Source of the DNA: a candidate division FCPU426 bacterium | GTDB taxonomy: Bacteria > Oederibacteriota > JAAXVQ01 > JAUVAV01 | Length of the DNA: 28,279 nucleotides | Reading direction: 5' to 3' | Assembly (NCBI GenBank): GCA_030637655.1 | Contig: DAOWGI010000059.1 | Location: 1 to 28,279, forward strand | Shown: piece by piece, positions 7,870 to 16,681 of the stretch | Layout: the number at the start of each line of letters is the position of its first letter | Numbering within the stretch: the first letter of the stretch is position 1 | Position numbers and translations under genes: made by a program | Notes under the pieces: model-generated | Databases searched by the model: none | What the model saw: the letters and a program-made list of their open reading frames with translations, nothing else | Told to the model about the DNA's origin: nothing

Positions 7870-7995
7870 ATGCCACGACAGCCGCGAATAGACATACCTG
7901 GAATTTTGTATCACGTTATAGTGCGGGGGATAGAACGCTGCAAAATATTCCTTGATGCCAAAGACAAGAAGCGATCAAGCCTAAAAAAACTTTAA
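7870..7995 (+). pseudogene. N-terminal fragment of REP-associated / IS200-like Y1 tyrosine transposase (RAYT)
   Basis: Hand translation MPRQPRIDIPGILYHVIVRGIERCKIFLDAKDKKRSSLKKL*; matches 'MPR.PR.D.PG..YHV..RG.ER..IF.D..D'; truncated before HUH and Tyr. Confidence 0.8.
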
Positions 7996-10562
7996 GCATG
8001 CGCTTCCATCCAATTTTTACCCCAGGCCGCTTCCACGACCAGCGCCACTTTCAGGGAATAGACCTGACTCATCCGTGTGACGACCATGTCCTGCAAGGCC
8101 GGCATCTCGGTTTCCGGTCCTTCAAACAGCAATTCATCATGCACTTGTAAAATCATTTTGGCTTGCCAATTATCAGCGCGTAAGGTTTGGTCAATTTCGA
8201 GCATGGCTTGTTTAATAATGTCTGCTGCCGATCCTTGTATCGGTGTGTTGATCGCCATACGCTCGGCAGCTTCCCGGATGTTTCGGTTGGCAGAATGTAT
8301 ATCCGGCAAATACCGTCGTCTGCCTAAAAAGGTCTGCACATACCCCAGCTCCCGTGCCTGTTCCATCAGAGTATCCAGATAGCCGCGAACTTTGGGATAG
8401 CGATTGAAAAAACCATCGATAAATTCCTTGGCTTGATAATTGGAAATACGCAATTGCCGTGCCAAGCCAAAAGGACTCACACCATACGCAATGCCAAAAT
8501 TGCATGTTTTGGCCTGACGCCGCATCTCAGGCGTAACCTCAGAAACCGGAACCTGAAAAATATCCGTGGCTGTGGCCGTATGGATATCCAATCCTTCAGC
8601 AAAATCGGCAATCATCTGATCATCTTCCGCCAAATGCGCTAACAGACGCAGCTCTATCTGAGAATAGTCGGCTGACAACAAAGCCTGCTGCGAATCACCC
8701 GGCACAAACATTTGACGCAACAGACGACCGCGCTGGGTACGAATCGGTATGTTTTGTAAATTGGGGTCTGAGGAAGACAAACGCCCGGTCACAGCGCCCA
8801 CTTGATGAAAGGTAGTGTGAATGCGATTATCCTCAGGACTGAGTAAACCGGGCAATACATCCACATAGGTGGATTTGAGTTTTTGCAATTGCCGGTATTC
8901 AAGTATTTTCCGGGGCAAGGGGTGCGCTGCGGCCAGGGTTTCTAAAACTTCCACACTGGTGGAACGTCCGGTCTTGGTCTTTTTTCCGGGTGATAATCCC
9001 AAGCGCTCAAAAAGCACTTCTGCCAATTGCTGCGGAGAACGCAGATTGAATTCCACGCCGGCCAGGTCCTGCGCTTCTTTTTCCAGCGCCACAATTTCCC
9101 TTCCCATCTGTTCGGACATCTTGGCCAGGGCTTTGCTGTCCACGGCAATGCCGTGGGCCTCCATTGCCGCCAACACGGGCAGGAGCGGCAATTCCAGCTC
9201 GTGATATATTTTTTGCGCATCCACTGTTTTCAAACGGGCTCGCATAGAATTGGCAATCAGATACAGAGCACAGGCGGCAAATTCCGGATGCGCTTCCGGT
9301 GGTGGACCTCCCAATACGCGTGCTATAAAATCCCCCGGCCGGTTGGCGGGCAGATCCAGTAAATGGGCTGCTAAGTGCAAGTCCTCTAATGGTCCTTGCC
9401 ATTTGAGTTTGGCATTATGCATGGCTACAACCAAAGGTTTTAAATCATAGCCAATTTTGGCAATGTCCGGATCAGAAAGCAGGGCCACCCAGGATGAACC
9501 CTGACGTAATACGGTAACCACATCGGTTCCGGACAAAGGAATCCATAGCGCTTCACGTGGTTGTACGGCGAGCGCAATACCTTGCGCACTCACTTCAACC
9601 GCAATTCTTTTCTGTTCCCTAACTTTACTCACCAAGGCCTGCAGGTCCGAAGTAGTGTTCAAGCTTTGAGCCCAGCCGGCAACCGGTTGAGCTACAGCCA
9701 CAGTTTGATTCATGAGGAGACGTTTAAATCCCAGATCGGCCATAAAGGAATAGGCCGTATTGGGTAAAGGTGCCGGAACCAGACACGTTTCCCATTCCAA
9801 TTCCGTTGGTACGTCCAATGGAATTATAATCAAATCACGCGCCTGCTGAGCTGACCTCTGATGGGTTTCCAGTTTTTCTTTGACTTTGGCTCTGGTAATT
9901 TTGTCCAAAGATTGATAGATTCCATCTAAGGAGCCATAGGTGGTAATCAAGTCCCGGGCGGTTTTTTCACCCACACCAGGTATCCCGGGTATATTATCAG
10001 AAGCGTCTCCCATCAAAGCCAACATATCCACCACCTGATCCGGCCGCACGCCAAAAACACGTTCCACACCGGCCGGATCCAGTTCTTCATATTCTCCTTT
10101 GCCACCTCTCCGGGGACGCAGCATATGCACGCTTTTTTCGACCAATTGGAATAAATCCTTATCATTACTGAATATCAAGGTCTCAAGCTTTTCCTGCGCT
10201 GCTTTTTGGGCCAAGGTACCAATCAGATCATCCGCTTCGAATCCGGCTTTTTCACAGATCTGAAGTTGAAAAGCTTGTACCAACTCTTTAACCAAAGGAA
10301 TTTGAGATTTCAAGTCTTCCGGAATGGCTTCACGTTTTGCTTTGTATTGAGGATACACTTTATGCCGATGCGTTGGTTCCGGCCGATCAAACACCACCAC
10401 CATATGCGTGGGGGAATATTTTTCCATGAGGTTCAACAGACTGAGGGCAAATCCATATACCGCGTTCACCGGACGTCCCTGCGGATCCGTGAGTGGTTTA
10501 ATGCCATAAAAGGCGCGGTATAATTGAGCCGTACCGTCGACTAGCATGAGTTTTTTTTTCAT
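7992..10562 (-). CDS. polA: DNA polymerase I
   Basis: 5'-3' exo (LVDG, EADD, MGDASDNIPGIPGVGEKTA); motifs TGRLSSSDPNLQNIP, ADYSQIELR, RRQAKTCNFGIAYG, QVHDEL. Start at ATG 10562 after AAGGAG; ORF track start is 10583. Confidence 0.98.
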   Translation of the reverse strand: MKKKLMLVDGTAQLYRAFYGIKPLTDPQGRPVNAVYGFALSLLNLMEKYSPTHMVVVFDRPEPTHRHKVYPQYKAKREAIPEDLKSQIPLVKELVQAFQLQICEKAGFEADDLIGTLAQKAAQEKLETLIFSNDKDLFQLVEKSVHMLRPRRGGKGEYEELDPAGVERVFGVRPDQVVDMLALMGDASDNIPGIPGVGEKTARDLITTYGSLDGIYQSLDKITRAKVKEKLETHQRSAQQARDLIIIPLDVPTELEWETCLVPAPLPNTAYSFMADLGFKRLLMNQTVAVAQPVAGWAQSLNTTSDLQALVSKVREQKRIAVEVSAQGIALAVQPREALWIPLSGTDVVTVLRQGSSWVALLSDPDIAKIGYDLKPLVVAMHNAKLKWQGPLEDLHLAAHLLDLPANRPGDFIARVLGGPPPEAHPEFAACALYLIANSMRARLKTVDAQKIYHELELPLLPVLAAMEAHGIAVDSKALAKMSEQMGREIVALEKEAQDLAGVEFNLRSPQQLAEVLFERLGLSPGKKTKTGRSTSVEVLETLAAAHPLPRKILEYRQLQKLKSTYVDVLPGLLSPEDNRIHTTFHQVGAVTGRLSSSDPNLQNIPIRTQRGRLLRQMFVPGDSQQALLSADYSQIELRLLAHLAEDDQMIADFAEGLDIHTATATDIFQVPVSEVTPEMRRQAKTCNFGIAYGVSPFGLARQLRISNYQAKEFIDGFFNRYPKVRGYLDTLMEQARELGYVQTFLGRRRYLPDIHSANRNIREAAERMAINTPIQGSAADIIKQAMLEIDQTLRADNWQAKMILQVHDELLFEGPETEMPALQDMVVTRMSQVYSLKVALVVEAAWGKNWMEAHA

Positions 10563-10617
10563 AAACGACTCCTTTAAAGGCATTTACCGGGATTAAAAAC
10601 ACGAAAGCATAATTTGT

Positions 10618-10687
10618 GGGCGAGGGCACCTCGCCCCTACGGAATGTATTTATTCAATTTGTGGGCGGGTTTGGAACCCGCCCCTAC
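10618..10687 (-). repeat. Two tandem GTAG-headed REP-like hairpins
   Basis: GTAGGGGCGAGGTGCCCTCGCCC (10640-10618) and GTAGGGGCGGGTTCCAAACCCGCCC (10687-10663). Confidence 0.75.
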
Positions 10688-12123
10688 GGTATTTTTCTCA
10701 CCAAACCCACCACACTCTCCACGTGATACGTATGCGGAAACATATCCACTGGTTGTACTTCTTTCACCTGGTATCCACCCTGGATCAACCCGGCCAGATC
10801 ACGCGCCAGCGTTACCGGATTGCACGAAACATAGACCATTTTTTTCGACCGGCATTCGAGCAACTGTTGCAGCATATCCGGGGTACAGCCTTTGCGCGGA
10901 GGGTCAAGTACAATCAGATCCGGTTGCACGCCTTTGCGCCATAATTGCCGCAGACCTTGCGCGGCATCCTGAGCATAAAAATCAACATTCGTTATACCGT
11001 TCAGATGTTTGTTGGCGTGTGCGTCCTCAATCGCCTTGAGTGTAGACTCAATGCCAAACACACGCTTGGCCTGTTTGGCCAGTTCCAGACTTAAAAATCC
11101 CACACCGCAGAACAAATCCACAACTGTATCCCGCATTGTCAACGCAGCAGCCTGTATAACTGTTTCTGCCAGCACAGGCATTTGATATGGATTGACCTGA
11201 AAAAAAGACTCAGCGGAAATGCGGTACTTCAGACCATGGATCTCTTCGTGCAAAAAAGCACGACCCGCCAAAATTTTGTACTGCGGACCCATTATCACAT
11301 TGGTTACTTCGGCGTTTATATTTTGTACCACACCGACCAATTCCGGAATTACCCGGCGTATGGCCTCGGCAAATTCCCGGACCCGCGGAATATCCGGGGT
11401 GGTTGTCACCAGAATCAACATGGCTTCTTTGGTTTTCGCGCCCAAGCGAATAACCAAATGGCGTAATTGACCCTGATGTTGGGTTTCATCATATCCGGTA
11501 TAACCAAACGTCCGTGCTAATATCAATGTCTGTTTGAGTATGCGATTTCCCAGCGCCGGTTGGACCGGACACTCCTCAAAAGGCACAACTGTATGAGTTT
11601 GGCGTGCGTAAAAACCAGCCTGCAGTGCTTGCCCGCAGGTTTGGACCGGTATTTGTATCTTGTGCCGGTACCCTAGGGACGGAGTTGATTTAATAGGCGG
11701 CAAAACGCACACACTTTTCAGCCGACCCACATGTGAAAGCGTGTTTGCCACAAAACTGTGTTTGGCTTTGAGTTGGGCCGGATAATTCAAATTTAACCAT
11801 GAGCAGCCGCCACAGGTTCCGGACTGCGGACAAACGGAATCCACCCGTTCCGGGGAAGGCTGGAGAAGCCTCACCAGCCGGGCACGAGCAAATTTTTTCT
11901 TTACCTGCTGAATCCGAACGCGAACCTGATCACCGGTAAAGGTGTTGGCTACAAATATCACCATCCCTTTATGCTTGGCAATTCCCTCGCCGCCATAGGC
12001 CAAGGCATAGATGAGCAGTTCCAACTCCTGGTCTATCGCAAGAAGCGTGGCAGGTGAGTCAATACTCAAACGGTGGGACCCCCTCGGTTTATCCGGACGA
12101 TCATACCCAAAATACAGGCACAA
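10684..12123 (-). CDS. rlmD: 23S rRNA (uracil-C5)-methyltransferase RlmD/TrmA family
   Basis: TRAM domain, CPQSGTCGGC Fe-S motif, SFFQVN, DLFCGVG, LDPPRKG, YVSCNP, DMFPHTYHVE; real start probably ~18 codons downstream (TTG ~12069). Confidence 0.95.
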   Translation of the reverse strand: MCLYFGYDRPDKPRGSHRLSIDSPATLLAIDQELELLIYALAYGGEGIAKHKGMVIFVANTFTGDQVRVRIQQVKKKFARARLVRLLQPSPERVDSVCPQSGTCGGCSWLNLNYPAQLKAKHSFVANTLSHVGRLKSVCVLPPIKSTPSLGYRHKIQIPVQTCGQALQAGFYARQTHTVVPFEECPVQPALGNRILKQTLILARTFGYTGYDETQHQGQLRHLVIRLGAKTKEAMLILVTTTPDIPRVREFAEAIRRVIPELVGVVQNINAEVTNVIMGPQYKILAGRAFLHEEIHGLKYRISAESFFQVNPYQMPVLAETVIQAAALTMRDTVVDLFCGVGFLSLELAKQAKRVFGIESTLKAIEDAHANKHLNGITNVDFYAQDAAQGLRQLWRKGVQPDLIVLDPPRKGCTPDMLQQLLECRSKKMVYVSCNPVTLARDLAGLIQGGYQVKEVQPVDMFPHTYHVESVVGLVRKIP

Positions 12124-12198
12124 GTAAAGATCGTCCCTACGGAATTACATTTCGACTTTTGATTTTATTTTTTACGGGCGCACGCAGTGCGCCCGTAC
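12117..12198 (-). repeat. Two REP-like hairpins between gatB and rlmD
   Basis: Degenerate GTAGGGACGAT... (12140-12117) and GTACGGGCGCAC-TGC-GTGCGCCCGTA (12198-12173). Confidence 0.65.
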
Positions 12199-13670
12199 TA
12201 TATATTTTTATCCAGACAATCACGCAGGATTTGATTGACTAATTTGGGATTCGCTTGTCCTTGTGATGCTTTCATGACTTGACCGACCAAAAAACCGATG
12301 GTTTGGGTCTTGCCGCTTTTGTATTCAGCTACCGGATTCGGATTCGCTGCGATAATCGCTGCTACCATTTTCAAAATTTCATCGCTGTTGGATATCTGCG
12401 ACAACCCTTTTTCCTGAACAATGACTTCCGGATCCTTACCTGTCACATACATATCAGCAAATACATCTTTGCCCATTTTACCGGAAATTTTACCACGTTC
12501 AATCAGTCTCGTTAACTCGGCCATCTGCCCGGAGGCTATCGGTGAATTACTTATCTCTTTTCCGTCTGCCTTTAACTTGCCCTGTAATTCAACTGTAATC
12601 CAATTGCACACTGTTTTGGCCGAAACCTTGGCAGACACAGCCTTTTTAGCGGCATCTTCAAAATACTCCGCCATGGCCGGCGACATGGTACAGACCCCGG
12701 CGTCGTACTCACTTAATCCATACTCCTTTTGGAAACGGTGACGACGTGCCTGTGGCATTTCCGGCAGCTGTTGTTGCTGATCTGCAATCATTTTCTCAGA
12801 AAGGTATACTACGGGCAGATCCGGTTCAGGAAAATACCGGTAATCATGCGCTTCTTCTTTACTGCGCATGGAGTGCGAGGTCCCTTTGTCCGCGTCCCAC
12901 AAACGGGTCTCTTGCTCCACTTTACCGCCTTCTTCCAGCACACGGATCTGGCGTTTAGCTTCGTACTCAATAGCGTCCCGAATATTTTTAAAAGAATTCA
13001 TGTTTTTCAACTCAGCTTTGGTGCCCAAGGCCTCTTGTCCCCGCGGACGCACGGAAATATTCGCGTCGCAACGCAGGGAACCTTCTTCCATATTGCAGTC
13101 AGAGACTTTGGTATAGAGCAAAATCTCTTTGAGTGCTGTCAGATAGGCGTACGCCTCATCCGCGCTGCGCAGATCCGGTTCACTGACAATTTCAATTAAT
13201 GGAACACCGGTCCGGTTGTAATCTGCCAGAGAACTGGCGGCAGTCCCGATTTGACCACCCTGACTTTGATGCACCAATTTTCCGGCGTCCTCTTCCAGGT
13301 GCACACGCGTGATACCAATGCTTTTTTCGCCTTGAGTAGTATCAATGCTGATACTACCGTGTTCTGCCAATGGCATATCGTACTGAGATATTTGATAGGC
13401 TTTGGGAAGATCCGGATAGAAATAATTTTTACGATCGAATTTGGTGTGCTGCGCGATTTGGCAATTACAGGCTAACGCCGCGCGTATGGCAAAGGTTAAT
13501 ACCTGTTGATTCAACACCGGCAAAGTTCCGGGCAAACCTAAGCACACTGGGCAAACCTGGGTATTCGGTTCCGCGCCAAAGGTGGTGGGACAACCACAAA
13601 ATATTTTAGAGGCTGTAGACAGCTCGACGTGAACTTCCAGTCCAATAACAATTTCATAATCCTGGCTCAT
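12198..13670 (-). CDS. gatB: Asp/Glu-tRNA amidotransferase subunit B
   Basis: IVIGLEVHVEL, FDRKNYFYPDLPKAYQISQY, HLEEDAGK, EGSLRCDANIS, DYRYFPEPDL. Start at ATG 13670 after AAGGA; ORF track start is 13751. Confidence 0.98.
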   Translation of the reverse strand: MSQDYEIVIGLEVHVELSTASKIFCGCPTTFGAEPNTQVCPVCLGLPGTLPVLNQQVLTFAIRAALACNCQIAQHTKFDRKNYFYPDLPKAYQISQYDMPLAEHGSISIDTTQGEKSIGITRVHLEEDAGKLVHQSQGGQIGTAASSLADYNRTGVPLIEIVSEPDLRSADEAYAYLTALKEILLYTKVSDCNMEEGSLRCDANISVRPRGQEALGTKAELKNMNSFKNIRDAIEYEAKRQIRVLEEGGKVEQETRLWDADKGTSHSMRSKEEAHDYRYFPEPDLPVVYLSEKMIADQQQQLPEMPQARRHRFQKEYGLSEYDAGVCTMSPAMAEYFEDAAKKAVSAKVSAKTVCNWITVELQGKLKADGKEISNSPIASGQMAELTRLIERGKISGKMGKDVFADMYVTGKDPEVIVQEKGLSQISNSDEILKMVAAIIAANPNPVAEYKSGKTQTIGFLVGQVMKASQGQANPKLVNQILRDCLDKNI

Positions 13671-13751
13671 GCTTCTTATTCCTTTGCACTGACACCACCT
13701 GCGCTCCGGATCGGTCTCAGCCGATTCGACCAAACCGGAGACAGCCGGCAC

Positions 13752-14033
13752 TTACGCTTTTTTGGCTTCACACTCTTGAACTTTAGCTTCCCATTTGTCG
13801 CCATCTAAACGCTGCAACGGACTCTCGACAAAAGTGCGGATGTCATACCCTTCATGATCAATGTCCTCACTGTTGCACACCGGGCAGGACAACTTGATTT
13901 CCAAATCACCGGTCTCAGGTTGGTTGTAGCGTACCATGGGACTACCTTCCGGGAATTCCCAAATTTCAACCGGCTCATAATATGTAATGAGCGCTTGAAA
14001 ACTCTTGCGATTACTGCACTTTTTGCAAATCAT
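13752..14033 (-). CDS. Small putative zinc-ribbon protein
   Basis: 93 aa, CKKC ... CPVC; RBS GGAGG; inside gatCAB operon. Confidence 0.75.
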   Translation of the reverse strand: MICKKCSNRKSFQALITYYEPVEIWEFPEGSPMVRYNQPETGDLEIKLSCPVCNSEDIDHEGYDIRTFVESPLQRLDGDKWEAKVQECEAKKA

Positions 14034-14057
14034 AATTCATTGCCTCCATTTAAACAA

Positions 14058-15512
14058 TTATGCCAGGATCGGACGCTTAGTATGCCAATCCGTATGGGAT
14101 TGATATGTTTGGGCTGTCCGTAATAACATTTGTTCATCAAAAACTTTGCCAATAAGCTGTAATCCTATCGGCAAACCTTCGGAATTGAATCCGCAGGGAA
14201 TCGAGATCCCCGGCAATCCGGTCAAATTCGCGGAAATAGTATAAATGTCCGAGAGATACATGGCCAGAGGATCTTCTGTTTTCTCACCCCGACGAAAAGC
14301 AACGGTCGGCGAGGTAGGAGTGAGTATTATATCACATTTATTAAATGCTTCAGTAAAATCTCGCTGAATCAGGGTCCTGACTTGCAGGGCTTTTTTATAA
14401 TACGCATCATAGTATCCAGCCGAAAGCGCGTATGTGCCTAACATAATACGCCGTTTTACCTCCGCGCCAAAACCTTGCGCCCGGGTAGCCTTATACATAG
14501 CTATAAGATTGTCCGCTTCAGCCCGCAAACCATATTGCACTCCATCGTAACGGGCCAAATTTGAGGAAGCCTCGGCAGTGGCAATCAAATAATACGTAGC
14601 CAGACTATACTCTGTGTGTGGAAGCGTCACTTCCACCAAGCGGGCCCCTGCATCCTGCAACACCTGCTTGGCCTGTTCCACTGCAGCTTTAACTTCCGGA
14701 TCCAGACCTTCACTAAAATACTCTTGCGGCAGACCAATGGTCAACCCTTTAATTCCCGATTGCATCTGCTCGGTATAGTTGGGAACCGCCATATCCGTGC
14801 AGGTTGAGTCCTTCTGATCACACCCGGCAATCACCTGCAACAGCATGGCCGCATCCTCAACCGACTGGGCTAAAGGTCCGATCTGATCCAATGAACTGGC
14901 ATACGCAATCAAGCCATAGCGAGATACCCGGCCATACGTTGGTTTTATGCCCACGATACCACACAAAGATGCGGGTTGTCGTATGGATCCTCCTGTATCT
15001 GAACCTAAAGCCAAAGGGACCATCCCGGAAGCTACTGCTACCGCTGAACCGCCTGAAGATCCACCGCTTACACATTCCTGATTCCAGGGATTATTACTCG
15101 GAAAAAAAGCGGAATTTTCACAGGAAGAGCCCATGGCAAACTCATCCATATTGACCTTGCCCACAGGCACGGCGTCCGCAGCGCGAACTCGCTCCACCAC
15201 AGTTGCTTGGTAAGGCGGTTTCCAACCTGCCAATATTTTAGAAGCACAGGTGGTGGGAAATCCCTTTGTGCACAAATTGTCTTTTAAGGCGATGGGCACT
15301 CCAGCCAGAGGACCCACCGGTTCATTTTTTGCCAGTTTTCGATCCACAGCTTTGGCTGCTGCTAGTGCTCCTTGTTCATCCACGGCCAGAAACGCTTTCA
15401 CCTGGGAATCTGTGCTGTGGATGCGTTGCAACGCTGCTTCGCAAACCGCTGTGGCAGTTATTTCTTTGGCAATAATTTTTTCATGAATTTGTTTGGCTGA
15501 TAATTCGCGCAT
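14058..15512 (-). CDS. gatA: Asp/Glu-tRNA amidotransferase subunit A
   Basis: Amidase signature GVPIALKDN, GGSSGGSA, GSDTGGSIRQPA, EVKRRIMLGTYALSAGYYDAYY. Confidence 0.98.
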   Translation of the reverse strand: MRELSAKQIHEKIIAKEITATAVCEAALQRIHSTDSQVKAFLAVDEQGALAAAKAVDRKLAKNEPVGPLAGVPIALKDNLCTKGFPTTCASKILAGWKPPYQATVVERVRAADAVPVGKVNMDEFAMGSSCENSAFFPSNNPWNQECVSGGSSGGSAVAVASGMVPLALGSDTGGSIRQPASLCGIVGIKPTYGRVSRYGLIAYASSLDQIGPLAQSVEDAAMLLQVIAGCDQKDSTCTDMAVPNYTEQMQSGIKGLTIGLPQEYFSEGLDPEVKAAVEQAKQVLQDAGARLVEVTLPHTEYSLATYYLIATAEASSNLARYDGVQYGLRAEADNLIAMYKATRAQGFGAEVKRRIMLGTYALSAGYYDAYYKKALQVRTLIQRDFTEAFNKCDIILTPTSPTVAFRRGEKTEDPLAMYLSDIYTISANLTGLPGISIPCGFNSEGLPIGLQLIGKVFDEQMLLRTAQTYQSHTDWHTKRPILA

Positions 15513-15532
15513 TGTTTAAACCTTTTTCCAGT

Positions 15533-15823
15533 TTATTCAATAATGCGAGGGACACGAAATCCATAGTCCTGTACATCCGGAGCCTCAGCCAAGACAGCCT
15601 CTCGCTCCAGACCAGGAACCACCACATCTGCCCGCCAAATATTCCGGCCTTGCCGGGCCTGCGCAGTTTGCGGAACATTGGTGGTATCCAACTGGTTCAA
15701 TTTATGCATGTACCCCAAGATTTTTTCTAATTGTTCGGAAAAACGTCCACTCTCATCCGGCGCCAATTGCAAATTGGCCAACCGGGCTATTTTTTCAACA
15801 GTTTTATCCGTGATTTCCGGCAC
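15533..15823 (-). CDS. gatC: Asp/Glu-tRNA amidotransferase subunit C
   Basis: ITDKTVEKIARLANL, RADVV, FRVPRIIE; GTG start with GGAGG RBS. Confidence 0.96.
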   Translation of the reverse strand: MPEITDKTVEKIARLANLQLAPDESGRFSEQLEKILGYMHKLNQLDTTNVPQTAQARQGRNIWRADVVVPGLEREAVLAEAPDVQDYGFRVPRIIE

Positions 15824-15909
15824 GTTGAAGGTTCCTCCATTTTTTCATAAAAACGAGCTTCAATATAGCATAGCGGTTAATTTCAAACCAGTAAAAAGAT
15901 GGCTACAGA

Positions 15910-16139
15910 GTAATATATCAGTGAACTGTTTTTTTGTAACAGGTCAGGCATGCGTTTTTTTGTTCGTCACCCCTGATGGTAGCCCCCATCCTGTCATCCC
16001 CGAATGCTTGTATCGGGGATACGGTTTTAAAAAACCAGATTCCTGCCGAAAGCGTCCCTATATATCTTTTCCGGTCGGGGCCGATTAAACCGTTCGGGAA
16101 TGACAACCTTTGTTTAACTGCAGTTCACTGACATGTTAC
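15910..16139. mobile_element. Complete 230-bp GTAA...TTAC MITE-like element
   Basis: GTAATATATCAGTGAACTG / CAGTTCACTGACATGTTAC, 17/19 inverted match; no obvious target duplication. Confidence 0.72.
15993..16104. repeat. GTCAT...ATGAC paired-palindrome element nested in the MITE
   Basis: GTCATCCCCGAATGCTTGTATCGGGGATAC ... CCGATTAAACCGTTCGGGAATGAC; related to 7484-7756. Confidence 0.72.
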
Positions 16140-16170
16140 ACCTAGAACCGAAATAGAAATTGCACAAAAT

Positions 16171-16199
16171 AAAAAAGGGGCGACTACAGTAGTCGCCCC
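16171..16199 (-). terminator. Intrinsic terminator of the two-lipoprotein operon
   Basis: GGGGCGACTACTGTAGTCGCCCC followed by TTTTTT, 30 bp after the stop. Confidence 0.8.
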
Positions 16200-16229
16200 C
16201 AACATATTGGTTTATATATATTCCTAGGT

Positions 16230-16670
16230 TTACGGATTAACTACAGTTACCACCAAATCAAACGCTGCTGGAACTGTGGTCGCGCTATTAAGCCAAGCCA
16301 GTGTTACCTGCCCTGCATCAATCGAGAAAAAATAATCCGTTGTTGTCATATCTCCCTCAATATCCTCTAAAGGCAGCATAAGAGCATCCGTGTAACCGTC
16401 AAATGCAATGTAACACGTAACGGTCGAATACAGACCTGTTGTATTGTTGGCAGTAATGGCAGGACACGAAGCATCATACGTTCCACTCGCTAATGTTGGG
16501 GCCACCCGGAATAAATACGTAGTCTGCTCTCCCGGCCCTGCCGGTCCTGTTGCTCCTGTTTCTCCTGTCAGGCCGATTGGCCCTGCCGGTCCTTCCGGTC
16601 CGCGACATCCTGTTGCCATGGTCATGGATATAATCAGTACGGCTAATACAAGAATACTTATCTTTCTCAT
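16230..16670 (-). CDS. Collagen-like (Gly-X-Y) lipoprotein
   Basis: Signal peptide with lipobox-like ATG-C, 8 GXY triplets (GPEGPAGPIGLTGETGATGPAGPG), beta-rich C-terminal domain. Confidence 0.8.
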   Translation of the reverse strand: MRKISILVLAVLIISMTMATGCRGPEGPAGPIGLTGETGATGPAGPGEQTTYLFRVAPTLASGTYDASCPAITANNTTGLYSTVTCYIAFDGYTDALMLPLEDIEGDMTTTDYFFSIDAGQVTLAWLNSATTVPAAFDLVVTVVNP

Positions 16671-16681
16671 GCTTCCCCCCC

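Noticed and set aside
7701-7955. 84-aa plus-strand ORF
   Set aside because: Runs through repeat DNA and A-tracts; the credible coding signal is the RAYT fragment in another frame (7870-7995)
5313-7991. Integron or prophage interpretation
   Set aside because: No integrase, no attC-like sites recognised, no phage genes
10611-10690. Tandem repeats as a mini-CRISPR
   Set aside because: Only two units with differing stems, no cas genes; REP-like
15918-16106. 62-aa minus ORF and overlapping 15678-16088 plus ORF
   Set aside because: Translations of the MITE and palindromes; no RBS or domain signal
16141-16159. CCTAGAACCGAAATAGAAA, similar to the reverse complement at ~6893-6911
   Set aside because: Probably another repeat end, but two unpaired copies cannot define an element
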